Shown here: positions 34,558 through 47,700 of the stretch, piece after piece
Layout: every line of letters starts with the position of its first letter
How positions within the stretch are numbered: the stretch's first letter is position 1
DNA from: Macrostomum hystrix
Lineage: Eukaryota > Animalia > Platyhelminthes
Reading direction: 5' to 3'
NCBI GenBank assembly: GCA_950097015.1
Contig: CATNEN010000008.1
Coordinates: forward strand, 930,001-994,000
DNA: 64,000 nucleotides
The notes under the pieces: generated by a model
Told to the model about the DNA's origin: nothing
Database searches by the model: none
The model's input: the letters and a program-made list of their open reading frames with translations, nothing else
Program-made: the position numbers and the translations under genes

Positions 34558-37500
34558 TTTCATCGTACAAAATTTGTTGTTGATTAAAGCCACATTTTAA
34601 TTGACTATTATTACTACGCATGTTATATATAAAAATATTTTGATAATAGCTTATTTCATAACCGCTTATTTAATAACATTAATATTGAAACTTGGTGGCT
34701 AACTGTCTGCCAAGAAAGACTTTGCATGTCGAACGAAATGCTTTACCTGGGAGGCATGACAATGCGCTCAGAGACAGGCCTGACAACTGAAAAAAATTTT
34801 AGAGTGTTTTTGAGTTGCATTTGAGCAGCCGCTTAACCGACCCGCAGGAGCGGAAGTGGCCTGAGCTTGCACGCGACTTGCTTGCCTTTGAAAGCTGAGT
34901 AGCTGATCTCCCTATTCCCCAAACCACAATGCTCTCCCAAATCCCCCGTGGAGCTGCGGCTGAAAACGTCGCATTTTCTCCCAACTCAAAGCTGAGGGAA
35001 ATAATCATAATACTCTGCTACTCTTGAGCGCAGATTAAATTTTGCAGCATGAAATCTACTCTTTAACAATTTCTCTCCTTTGTCTTGAGCTCACAGTAGT
35101 TCTGTAAGAAACACGCAACCTAGAAAAAGCGTGACTTGAGAGCTCATTAAAATTAGTCTGAGCTGCTAGCCAGCCAAGTAATCGGATGAGGCACCGAACT
35201 GAAGGAGTGAAAAATTTTAGCTGGTAATTGGAAGATGTGATCAAAGCTGTAATTCTACTTTGAGCTGTGAACTTTGACCTTAGCCTCGCACTGTCATTAC
35301 ATTTTTAAGGGGTTTTTAGGGCTTAAAATATAATCGGTTAAAAATGCTTAGAATCTTCAGATCTTCACATCTCGTAAATACGAATTACCTAAGGTATATG
35401 GGATTGGAGGTAGAAGTCTTATTGGTTATAGTTTAGGGCATAGTTTAGTTTCTGGTTATAGTTTCTAGCCTGCGGACCAGATGCGGTCCTCGAAGCTCTC
35501 AAATCCGGCCCGTTGCCCCTTCCGACACCTACAGTATCCTGTTTCATCTTACCCTGTCTCATCATCTCTCCTAGGTCTCATCTCCCCCGTGTCTCATCTC
35601 GCCTTGTCATCTCTTCTTTGTCTTATCTCTACCCTGTCTCATATTTCTACAGTCAATGCGGCTCGCTGTAGTAGCTTATGTTCTCTCTTTGGCCCGCTAG
35701 CATGCGTGCCGACCTCTGGTTTAGGTCTTCTGAACAACAGAACCTCACAGAGGTTCACCCAGCTATAAAATAGGTGGAAACTTGGGCTGTAGACAGCTGA
35801 CTGGCTGTAAATCGGAGCCAACTGGGCACTTGTTAATTGATTTCGTCCACCTCCTCCTTCGCAAATTAATCGCATTCTGGAAACCACTTGGCATTGGATA
35901 CCTTTTTTGATTAATGGAACCGATTCGATTCCTAGCTTTCGCTTGAACTACTTTCCACTATCTTCTATTGGGTCTTCGCCATTGATAGCACGATCGCGCT
36001 TGACTGGTCACGGCACACGGATGCAATATCAATAAAATATCCATCCTTTAATCACCCTTCTTCCCTGATGCTCTTATCTTCCGCAGAGCTGATTTCAAAC
36101 AAGGTGTCAGGCAAATGTCGCAACAGGACAGATGAATGGCACAGCGCTGCTGATACAGCGAATGACACGCGTGATAAGAATAGCTTTGGCAGCAGAATGA
36201 TAAAGCAGGTAAGGCAGGAGCACTGGGGATCATAAAATTAGAGGCTCCTCAGTTTTAGGATCATATCCCAGCTGAACAGTTCACATTTATTGGGATAAAA
36301 TTCTCACAGTTTGACAGCTGTTTATCCGGGACACTTGATACCGCTGAACTTTCAACCTCAGATTTATGGGCAGGTGCGAACACAGTGTTCAACATATATT
36401 CACACCCATCCACAGGCATTGATTTTTCAGGTGCTTAAGAGGCCTTTGCAATTGTTTGGAACGTTCTTTAAATTGATAGTCGTTGTCTATGGCCTACTTC
36501 GTATTCAGGCCTCCAGAAAAAGTTTTTCGCAAAAAACCATGCATTGCAATTTTATCTTTGTTTGTCCTCAACTAGTTTTCTCTGTCGATCGCGATTGCTG
36601 CGTCTTGAGTCGCAAAATCCATCCACAGACGACAGTTGAAGGAGCGGAGAAAAAAAATAGCAAACTCAAGAGAACCGACCGAGGAGCCGCGGAGATGAGC
36701 CCTACAAAGACGAGCCCCCCCACACACCCAACCCCCGCCCCAATCCCTAAGCTGCTCTAGGAGTAGCTGGGAATTCAGTTAATCACGAAAAGCTACGGCT
36801 CAGTGCAGTCCGTTCGGGAGGCATTTTGCTCTCAAAGACTCACAACCGTGAACTACCAACTCACCCTCTCTCACACACACACACTCGCTGTCCACCCAAA
36901 TACAGCATCTCCAACAGAAAGCCCCGACTTGCATCATCTACTCGACTCCCACTTTCTCTTCTTCCCCCCTCGGCATGTCGCACTCGAAAACGTTTCCCGT
37001 ACTCTCACTTATACTTCTCCGGTGGAGCAGCTTTTATTCAAGACTTTCCTTTCGACTGAAAGGAGAAGGGAGAAAGAGGGACGGTCGGGAGGACGACCTC
37101 CCAGTGACAGCCCATTATGTGAGGCAAATCCTGCCGAACCAGTTTTCGGCAAGAGTCGAAGCTCTACCTGACATTTTGCCGTGGGCCAGAATAGACTGGG
37201 CCGTTAGGAAGATGGTCGACAATTGCAAAGAAGGCAGTTAGATTAAGTAAATTACCGGCTCACCTCTGCGATGGGAACTATATAGAGCTGGTGCATTCCC
37301 TATCTATAGTGTAATAAAAAATTAAGTGAAGGAAGCATACCACAGTATCGTAATTATCCCCACTTGCCGTCTCCCCTCGAAGAGACTCCGCTCGAGGCCA
37401 CGGAGGCGGAGGTCGTAAATCACTGGCCAGAGGGAGTCGAGCGCGGATCTAACTGAAGTCCGAGCCTCGGACCCGCTGACAGGACTTGAAGGCGATCGAT

Positions 37501-38797
37501 AATGGTGTCCTATAGCCGCAATCAATTATCATAGCCAAACTCGGAGGCTGGTCCTTGGGGTTCGGGTGGGCGAGTTTAGGGCAGCGGCGCTCCCCAAATC
37601 GAGTTCTGCACCGGGGAAAGTAGGGAGAAGCAGAGAGATAGCGAGGGCGAGACCGGGGTAATCAGCGGCTTGGCCAACCGGTCGAGACTTGCTGGAAAAT
37701 TCAATTCCCCCCTCCGCTGTCGCTGCTTAAAGTGAAAAAATCAATCATTCAAATCACTGCTTTTCCTTCAATGATTTCCTTTCTTTCGCTTCTCGAGCAG
37801 CCTCTTCAGCTCCGCGCCGCACCTTTTGTGGCGCACCGGCAGTGCCACTTTGAAATTAGACCGAAGTTGCTAACGATGAAGAGCATAATAGTTTTCCAAG
37901 TACTGAAGAAATCGTGAATAAATTTTGTGCAACTAAATTCAATTTTATGGATTTATTTACTGGTTTGAGTTGTAGTATTACGAAGCATACGAAGCATATA
38001 TAAACATAACATTGATGAACAATGCGCATTAGCATAACTGAAGTGGAAATGTTTGAACGATTTCTCGCGGGGAATCTCACGTAACATTCTACAAGATCTG
38101 GTTAAAGTCTAATTGGTTTCTATCCTGACGATACTTAATAAATTTCGAGCGGGCAGGTGAATGACGTTTACACCGACTCCTCGTCGGAATCATACGGCGA
38201 AATGAAGTTAAAAAAGCTGTCATTTGGCTTAAAGACCTCAACGACCTCGGGTTTGCTGAAATTTGAGGGACCGCTGTTGGCGTAGTTCAGGTTCAGCCGC
38301 TCATTTTCAGTGCTTTTTATGCTGCTCTCATCTGCAAATAGTTTGCAATACAGTCTGATTTTGTTTCACGGGCGCTGAGTATACGCAATAATTTCGGTAA
38401 TTTTTTCTGTGAGGCTAACAAATGACTTAAACACCGACACCGTGCTCAACAACTCCTAGGAGTGGATGGCCTTTCTGATCTGTTCAGCGTGTCATTCCAA
38501 GCTGACGAGAGCGTCGAGATCGAGATTCGATGTAAAGAATGACGCAAACTTTTTCCGGGGCACTGTGGCCTACGGAACAATGGCCGACGCTGCGGCCAGA
38601 AATCCTGCATCCCAGCAGCCTCCTTAAGCCGGATCACCACCACTTCGCGAACTTCATTCGCAACCCAATCTCTACGTGTTTAACATATTCTTCGTATGGG
38701 TTTACTTATTATATTTTCGGACACAACTTGTTACTTAAAGTAATCTTTAGAGAATTACAGTCTGTTTTTTATACTGCCTCAGTAGAGAAACAAAAAA

Positions 38798-41700
38798 TCA
38801 AGGATCAAGCTCACCCAGTGGACTGTCGACCATTTTTTTAACTCTCTTAAGGTCTGATTCCGGCTCAGAGCGACCACTTTCGTTGTCAGCTTTGATAGTT
38901 GACTCCGGAACGATGCAAAATACCTTGGTAGTTGGTGAATTTCAAAGTGTAAAATAGCAAACCTTTATTTCAAAGATTGAGAAAAAAAACCCACAAACCT
39001 TGTCGCTGACGTCAACAATAGTCCTGCGCGGAGGAAAAGTGAAGACAAAGCGACCAGTTGGCTTCTTCTTCTTAGCCATTAGGCGACTCTTGTTCCTCAG
39101 CTGGTAGATGCCCAAACAGATGATACCGAACTGCTCCAGTGAGCTGATGTACAGATCCTCCCAGTAGATGGTCTGAGAAGGGTTGGGGTGGCGGAGCTGT
39201 AAGCCAAGGTACCTCAGCTTGTATGCGGGACTTGCCCATTTGGGCTAACCTACCAAAGCACAGCAACAGTTTACACTACCCGACGATGAAATATTCAGTG
39301 CAGGTATACACACCTGTACGTACTCGTACATGTATGGATGTATTTGCCCACTCACAGCCTTTCCGGCTGCGGGTCATGTGAGCATGCAATTGATGTGCTA
39401 ATGCCATTAATAATAATAATAGTATTAATAATGATAATAAGTAAGTAATGATTGCTGGAGGGCTGCGGGCAATGGGACATCATTTGGCGACACTAGACCC
39501 GCAGTCAGCGAGGAGGCAATTCTGCCCATTTCGCTGACTCCTGAGCACACACGAACACAGATACTGTACGCAGGCACACGCTCACAAAGGTGTGTACATC
39601 GGCTCTGACTTTCTCATCATCTCAGGTAGTTTATATTTCAATGTACTTTAGAGGTTGAACCTTAAGGGCGTAACGACAAGCCTTCTCTCTCAAGCCAGCT
39701 GCGCCCCAAATGAATGCGGCCTCGCCGCGGAATCGAGCTCAGGGACCTTTGTGCGAGAGGCAAACGCGTTAGACCACTCTGCCACTCACCCCCATGAGCT
39801 AATGCCCATTAGCCTATTTAATGGTATTGAGTTCATGCACATGGCGCTGTAGATACTCAACAAATGATTCTTGCCATGACAGTTCATCTGGCCAAGCCAC
39901 CTATCATGAGATCAGAGTCTAGATTGCTGAGTCTACACTGATTGCAGAAATGAAGTTCAATTACCTTTGAGTTGAAAGTGTCAAACATTCTGTTCAGCGG
40001 AGCATCCCGTATCGATAGCTGAGAGATCCGAAACGGATAGGAGCGACTGAGCAGGGCAGCGCATTCAACATCGAGCTCAGATGGCATGCCGGCATGCGAG
40101 CCCACAAAATTGTCCACCATCGCCTGGTTGCTGCCCTGAATCAGGGCCTGGAGAAATTGGGCAACCTCGGGACAATGGAATGTGGCGCTCACCAGCGTTG
40201 CAAGCTGCGTGTCGCTGATGACGAGACCCTCAGCGAATGCCTGAGTTCGAATCACATCAGAATCCTGGTAGTCCTGAATGTTTTGGCATCAAGATTGGGT
40301 TAGTACTCTAAATTAGCTTTTATGATTTTCTTCATTTTATTATTATTTAACCATTTACCCTATCGCGCTCTTTCAGATCGCTGAAGAATGACGCAACCTC
40401 CGGGCTGCTAAGGCGCACGGTGAGGTGAAACTTCTCTCGATAGTACCATTCGCCTTGACGACCGATGACCACTGCGCGCACGTTCTCGGCGCACACAATG
40501 GCGTCGGTGTCCACAAGATCGAAGGCTTCCTGGCCTCGCAACTCTGATTGGTGGCCACCGCTGGTACTGTTGTCTCCGCCACCACTCGAACCACCACTAT
40601 TCTTCTCACCGCCTTCGCCAGCTTCGCCGCGAGATTCATTACGTCCGCTGCCACCTCGGCCTTGAGAAGATGTGTCGCTGACTTTGCCGACCTTCAGTAC
40701 GGCGACAGCGCAGGCTGTGTGAACACGACAGCAGACCAGATGGTCGGTAAACATTCCGGATCCGCGGACAAAGTAGACCTTCACATTTAAATGTGTCGTA
40801 AAATTAATGATGGTTTGGGCAATCGTTACTTTCGGTTAATAAATTCACAGGTGAATAAAGATAAAACGATTCCATTAGCCCCTTAGTCACAAAGATTTAC
40901 AAATCCAAATGTTGTCTAGTGTTGCAGATGGTCAGATGGTTGACTTTGAAATTGTTCAGCACTGTTTTAGTACTCATGCTAAATGACAAGCAAATTGAAA
41001 AATCTTGTTTTTTCGACGGTCATTTTCTGCAAAGAGTCATGCACAAGAGAGCAAATTGCAAGTCATTTCGTTGTATACATATTCCCGGCGCTTACCTGTC
41101 GAAAGTTGCGTACATGAGTCCATTCGAACGCAGCCAAGTTGTCGGCGTCGCCTAATACAACGACGTCGCACAACTGGTCCAGCTCAATCAGACGATTGCG
41201 CAGCGGCAGCAGCAGCGGCGCCAGACCAACCGGTGCCGTCACCTCGCCGAGAACGCAGACAACAACGTGATTGCTCCAAGGCACCTCCTTGGCTCCCTCA
41301 ATGTCGAGTAGGCGACAGCGTCTGTCGGGGGCCCAATGCAAAGTTCCGCTGACGTCAGCTAGTTGTGGCCTGCTGCGTTCGTATCGCCAGGTGCTTGCGT
41401 GGCTCAGCGGTCCCTCCATGTTGGCCTGGATGCCAGCTGCGATGTCGCCTTCGCCACCCTCAACTGCGCGCCGAAATTCGGCTTCCTGCTGACGATCGCG
41501 CAGACAGGTGGGCATCAAGGCAATGTCCTCCCAGCTATAGTCTGCGGTAAAAAGATTGTCCGAACAAGCCATTTAAGAAAGGTTACATAGAGAACTACTG
41601 TATAGTATTTTTGGAAGCCTAACTAACAAGCAACAATGAGCAATAGTGTCGTCTGATGCTCACAAATATTCATTTCGCTGTAAGACTGCCGCATACTCAT

Positions 41701-44700
41701 GCAGTCGTTGGCTTCGTTGCCAAGCTTAATCAGGATGTCCATATCCGTGTTGTTCTTGCTGAACAGGGCGTTCTTTCGCATCTGCTTGTCGCGCAGCAAC
41801 TTCTCGGCTACCGACCCTAAAACGATGTAAGACGTACTTTTAAACTGTCAACTCGATGCTAGTGAAATGACCACAATGACCAACCTTTCAGAGACAAGCT
41901 ACACAGAAAAAATCTAGCGCTCTCACTTTGAATTGCCTCAGCTTTGGGCACAACTTCGTTAGCCGCGTCGCCATCGCAGGTGCAAATGCCGTCAGTCTTA
42001 TTTTTGCAGTAGTTGCAGTAGGTTTCCAATCTGCGCAAATCGCTAGCATTCTTACAGATGACGTACGCCTTCATGATGCTGGGATTGATGACGAAATTGG
42101 GATCGCCCGAAGGATTAACAATGTTCGAGCTGTAGTTGCAGCTGGCCTGATCCACTGACACGCCCAGCAGGATGATGCCCCATCTGTCATAGATGATAGC
42201 GCAGGCCGCCTTGAAAGAGAGGCCGCGGAAGGAGCGAGTGAATCGCACGCAATGAAAACTCGACATCAGGCCGAAGTTGTAGAAGGAGCGCCACTTGTAT
42301 TGCTGAAACTGTAATGCACGTTTGAGAACAATAGTTTGAGACAGAACTGAGTACTACGGCTTGAATAGTTATGTGACCGTGTTGGACGAAACAAGAATAA
42401 AAATCATTCTGATCCCGTCATTGCGAAACGAAGTGGATTGACATCATCTCTCATTGTTATTAAGCCTTTGAGGTGTGCAACAGGTACAATTTTCCCTCGG
42501 GGAGGGGACACACGCTGCAATGACCCACGATAAGCTGATGACTAATAACAATAATTTCTCGATTCCTTGAGCGAAAGCTCTTTCCCTCATTAATGAGCAG
42601 CATCATGCTGAACAATGAGAGCTTACGACATCCGTTTTCCTGGCCTCAGTGCTGCAAAGCAGGTTGATAATCAAGGTAGAGAAACCCGGTGCTACACAGT
42701 TGATTCCCATCAGCCCGTTGACAATTTGGTCATTGCAAATCACCGAGTCCAGGTCCCACAGCGAGTTGTAGGCGCTCTTGTTCCGCCAGCCCGTCAAGTA
42801 GTAGTAGGAGAACTGCAATTTATGTGGGCGCAAGGGATTCTTGGATAAGACATGTCAAGATGTCAAGTTCTCCGACCTTGATTCGCACGTCAAGCTTAAT
42901 GGCCTTGCCTTATTGTAGATACTGTGAATCTGTACGATTGTTCTGACATCGGGAAAGTTGAGTTTTACAGTCATAGCCCGCATGTAATTATCGTAGTCAT
43001 CTTCGTCACGGTTGCTTGGCAACAGGCGAGACAATATGATAATGGCGTTCGCAGAGTAGGCTTTCACATCGGTTAGTTGGCGCGGGTTGACGCTGCTGCC
43101 CCGGATGGCTCTGACACGGCCGGTCATGCCATGGAACAGCCACTGGGTCACCGCCGGCAGAGTACCGCTGCGGTGCAAAATAAGTTTTTGTAGTCAAAGA
43201 TGCAAAAACCTATGCGCTATAGTTCTGTTTTCCGGTTCGCTCACCTGTACAGTGCGCAGCACTTTATATGAGCATTCGCACTGCTGTCCCAACGGCCCTT
43301 ATTGTAGAAGTCGTTCAAGAATGCTCTGGTTGTGCTACCCTCGATGGAGCCGGTCAGCACAATGTGTCTGAGCGAGCAGGATAAAGTAGAAATTATACCA
43401 ATTATACTAAAATTTGTCTCACCATTACGAAAACTCGTCACTTTCGACAAACAATTGAACGAACCTCTGTCCAATGCCCGTAGCGAAGGTGGTCTTCTTG
43501 TTCTTCCTATTCTCCACGAACAGCGATAGAAAGGCCGGAACCGAGGTTAGAAAATATGTCTGCAAAAAATGATGACGCACGAAATTTTTGTTGCTCGTTC
43601 ACGGTGGCAAGAGTTTTTACATTGATAACTTACCCCTGCAACCACAATGCATATCATAATTGTCAGCTGTCCCAGCGTAGTTCTGGGATAAATATCCCCG
43701 TAGCCGACAGTGCTAGCAGTGATGATCAGCATGTAGAAGCTGTTGAAGAAGTTCAATGCTTTGCATGGCTCGAATACTCGCGGGCCAAGGAACGGCCAAA
43801 AGTTGTCAAGGTTCTCTACCTGAACGATTATAATAAAATATGAGTACCATTGTTATATATTTTCCGAGTGCCTGTGGACTATGCTAATGACAAGTCGACC
43901 CGTGAACGCCACCCAAGCCTTATGGGGTGACGCTCCACGTGCAGCCGTAAATATTACGCCACGCTTTCAAAGGCTGTGTACAGCAGCTATTCAGTCCCTG
44001 GACTGGAGTGGCCGCTCCATATTTCTACCCCAACTAATGCTGGTACCCATTTTAAAGCTGGGTGAACTGAAGCAATTAATAAGTGTCTTGATAAATGACA
44101 AAATGTGCCTCAATTTTGTGCTGAGGTGCGAACTTCCGACCTCTCATTCAGAAGTCCAACGCTCTAAAGACAAGCTTCCAAGACAAGAGAACGAAGATCC
44201 AGCGAACTCACCAAGTGAACCAAACCAGCGAGGGTCGACCAGAAACAAAACATCCCAATGACCAGCGAAATCAAACTCTTGGAAGTGGCAGCTGAGATTA
44301 TGTTGAAGGAGATCAGTACCTCCTTGATCGCGGCCAGTCGAATGGCACGAAGGAAGTTGAATACTGCAAGTTTCAGATTGGCAGAAGCTCTGATATTTGA
44401 CATGGCCTTGACAGCTGTATGATTGGTGCGATGTTATACCATGGCACTTCTCAAAAATGCGAGTTTTAACTTACACGAGTGTTTGTCTTCGTTGATTATA
44501 GTGCAGATTGAAGGCCCAATAGTACACACTTCCATGAGGCTGTGAGGCGCCACTAGAAATGATGCTTTGTTGGCACTGGCGATGTACTGTAATTCGAGGG
44601 CATCGATACCTGATCCTAATAGTCTATACCTGATACTAAATGGTTGATACCTGATACTAAATGGTTGATACCTGATACTGAATGGTCGATACCTGATACT

Positions 44701-47700
44701 AAATGGTTGATACCTGATACTGAATGGTCGATACCTGATACTAAATGGTTGATACCTGATACTAAATGGTTGATACCTGATACTAAATGGTTGATACCTG
44801 ATACTGAATGGTCGATACCTGGTACTAAATGGTCGATACCTGATACTGAATGGTCGATACCTGATCCTAATAATCTATTCCTGATCCTAATTTCGATAAG
44901 ACATATGGACTGTGCCTAATCCTAATAATAATATTATTACTCACAGGTGACATGATTTTAACCCGCAATTTCTAATTGCGAAAATGCCTGCTAAAAAAGC
45001 AAAGTCTCACCCGAATAAAGAAGTAGACAAGGAAAAAAATGTTGAAACCCAGGTCGATGTAAGCAAACACCCGATCAACTTCATTCTGACAGAATCGCAG
45101 GAATCTGTAGTGACTGAAATCCGATGCAGTCGATTGAAACGGTACTAATTAGAATATTAATTAGTGTTCCAATGCAATAAAGATATATATTATCAATAAG
45201 AAAAAAGCTTTGGGCTTACGTGTGAGTCTGATACAGATAGAAAAAAAACGACACCACAGAGAAAATGCTCCACATGAGGCCCTGTAGAAATGTTAAACGT
45301 GGATTTGGTTCCGGTTAACAATAGAAAGACCATGCGGGTACGCCCGAAAATGTTCATCTATCTGGTGGACTTTCATGAAAATTTAGGAGCTAATCGTGAA
45401 GTAGGCAGTGTGTATTTGACACAGCCCCGTGGCCTATCCACTGTTAACGGAACAGAAAGCAAATAAGTTTTCATCAAACAAACGAGTCTATCATCATTGT
45501 TGGAAAATGTCCTGTACCTTTTTATTTTGCACATTGGGCAGTTAAAATTAATAGTGTAAATTCTGCAATAAAAATAAACGACACGGGAAGGGAGCGAGGG
45601 GAAGAGTGAGTAGTGCTTGGGAAAATGCAGCAACTGGCTTTGGAAAGCTTGGGTCCGTTACTATTGGCAACCATTCTCTTCCAGCATAGGTAGAGAAATT
45701 TCAATCTCAGTCGAAGTCAGAGGTACCCAACCTGTTTGCTTCCTGCATAACCTACAGCATTCTCACCGGAATCTGCCCAATAAGCTGCAGTCTCACCGGA
45801 ATCTGCCCAATAAGCTGCAGTCTCACCGGAATCTGCCCAATAAGCTACAGTCTCACCGGAATCTGCCCAATAAGCTACATTCTCACCGGAATCTGCCCAA
45901 TAAACTACAGTCTCACCCGAATCTGCCCAATAAGCTACAGTCTCACCGGAATCTGCCCAATAAGCTACAGTCTCACCGGAATCTGCCCAATAAGCTACAT
46001 TCTCACCGGAATCTGCCAATAAGCTACAGTCTCACCGGAATCTGCCCAATATGCTACAGTCTCACCGGAATCTGCCCAATAAGCTACAGTCTCACCGGAA
46101 TCTGCCCAATAAGCTACAGTCTCACCGAAATCTGTCCAATAAGCTACAGTCTCACCCGAATCTGCCCAGTAAGCTACAGTCTCACCGACATCTGCCCAAT
46201 AAGCTACAGTCTCACCGGAATCTGCCCAATAAGCTACAGTCTCACCGGAATCCGCCTAAGCAGCGAATTACATCGCCCCAGAATTCGCTCAACAAAGATT
46301 CAATTGTAGATACTCACAAGAATTTTGCCAGGCCAAGACCAGGGCGTTGATAATCTCTCGCAGATCACGCGGAAGCGACCAAAGCATTTCATGAGTTTTT
46401 CCGGCTGCTGCTTCGGGCCGCTAGACCTCACCTTGCAAAATTTGCTCACCAAAAGTTGAATCATCTGGAGTATCAGCAGGAGGCCCCAGAAGCTCACCAT
46501 GCTGATGATCTCGTACGACAGACTGTCGCTCATCTTGCAGCCGCTCAGATTCTCATCACTGAATTTGAATGAGAGTTGTGTTTGAGTGTGGGTGGTGGGT
46601 GTGCTGGAGTGTGGTGTGCTGGAGTGTGGGTGTGCTGGAGTGTGGGTGTGCTGGAGTGTGGTGTGCAAGAGTGCGGGTGTGCTGGAGTGTGGTGTGCAAG
46701 AGTGCGGGTGTGCTGGAGTGCGGGTGTGCTGGAGTGCGGGTGTGCTGGAGTGTGGGTGTGCTGGAGTGTGGTGTGCAAGAGTGCGGGTGTGCTGGAGTGC
46801 GGGTGTGCTGGAGTGTGGTGTGCAAGAGTGCGGGTGTGCTGGAGTGCGGGTGTGCTGGAGTGTGGTGTGCAAGAGTGCGGGTGTGCTGGAGTGCGGGTGT
46901 GCTGGAGTGTGGGTGTGCAAGAGTGTGGGTGTGCAAGATTGTGGCTGTGCAAGAGTGTGGGTGTGCAAGATTGTGGCTGTGCTGGAGTGTGGGTGTGCTG
47001 GAGTGTGGGTGTGCAAGATTGTGGCTGTGCTGGAGTGTGGGTGTGCTGGAGTGTGGGTGTGCAAGATTGTGGCTGTGCTGGAGTGTGGGTGTGCTGGAGT
47101 GTGGGTGTGCAAGAGTGTGGGTGTGCTGGAGTGTGGTGTGCAAGATTGTGGCTGTGCTGGAGTGTGGGTGTGCTGGAGTGTGGTGTGCAAGAACGCGGGT
47201 GTGCAAGAGTGTGGGTGTGCAAGAGTGTGGGTGTGCAAGATTGTGGCTGTGCTGGAGTGTGGGTGTGCTGGAGTGTGGCTGTGCTGGAGTGTGGCTGTGC
47301 TGAGGTGTGGGTGTGCAAGATTGTGGGTGTGCAAGATTGTTGGTGTGCAAGATTGTGGGTGTGCAAGAGTGTGGGTGTGCTGGAGTGTGGGTGCGCTGTA
47401 GTGTGGGTGTACTGGAGTGTGGGTGCGCTGTAGTGTGGGTGTACTGGAGTGTGGGTGTGCCGGAGTGCGGGTGTGCTGGAGTGTGGGTGAGCTGTAGTTT
47501 GGTGTGCAAGAGTGTTGGTGTGCTGAAGTGTGGGCGTGCTGGAGTGTGGGTGAGCTGAAGTGTGGGTGTGCAAGATTGTAGCTGTGCTGGAGTGTGGGTG
47601 TGCTAGATTATGCAGCTAGTCGGTAACTCACTAGGCAATCGTATCGCGAATGAAGCGCATGGCGTCCTGTCTATCCCGGTGCTTATCCGAGCAATTATTC

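Noticed and set aside
36975-37241. 88-aa plus-strand ORF
   Set aside because: No recognisable family or splice structure.
46300-47573. Long His/Thr/Pro-rich and Cys/Val/Gly-rich ORFs (240-340 aa)
   Set aside because: They are translations of the intronic GT-rich minisatellite. Only 46558-46318 is a real Slo exon.
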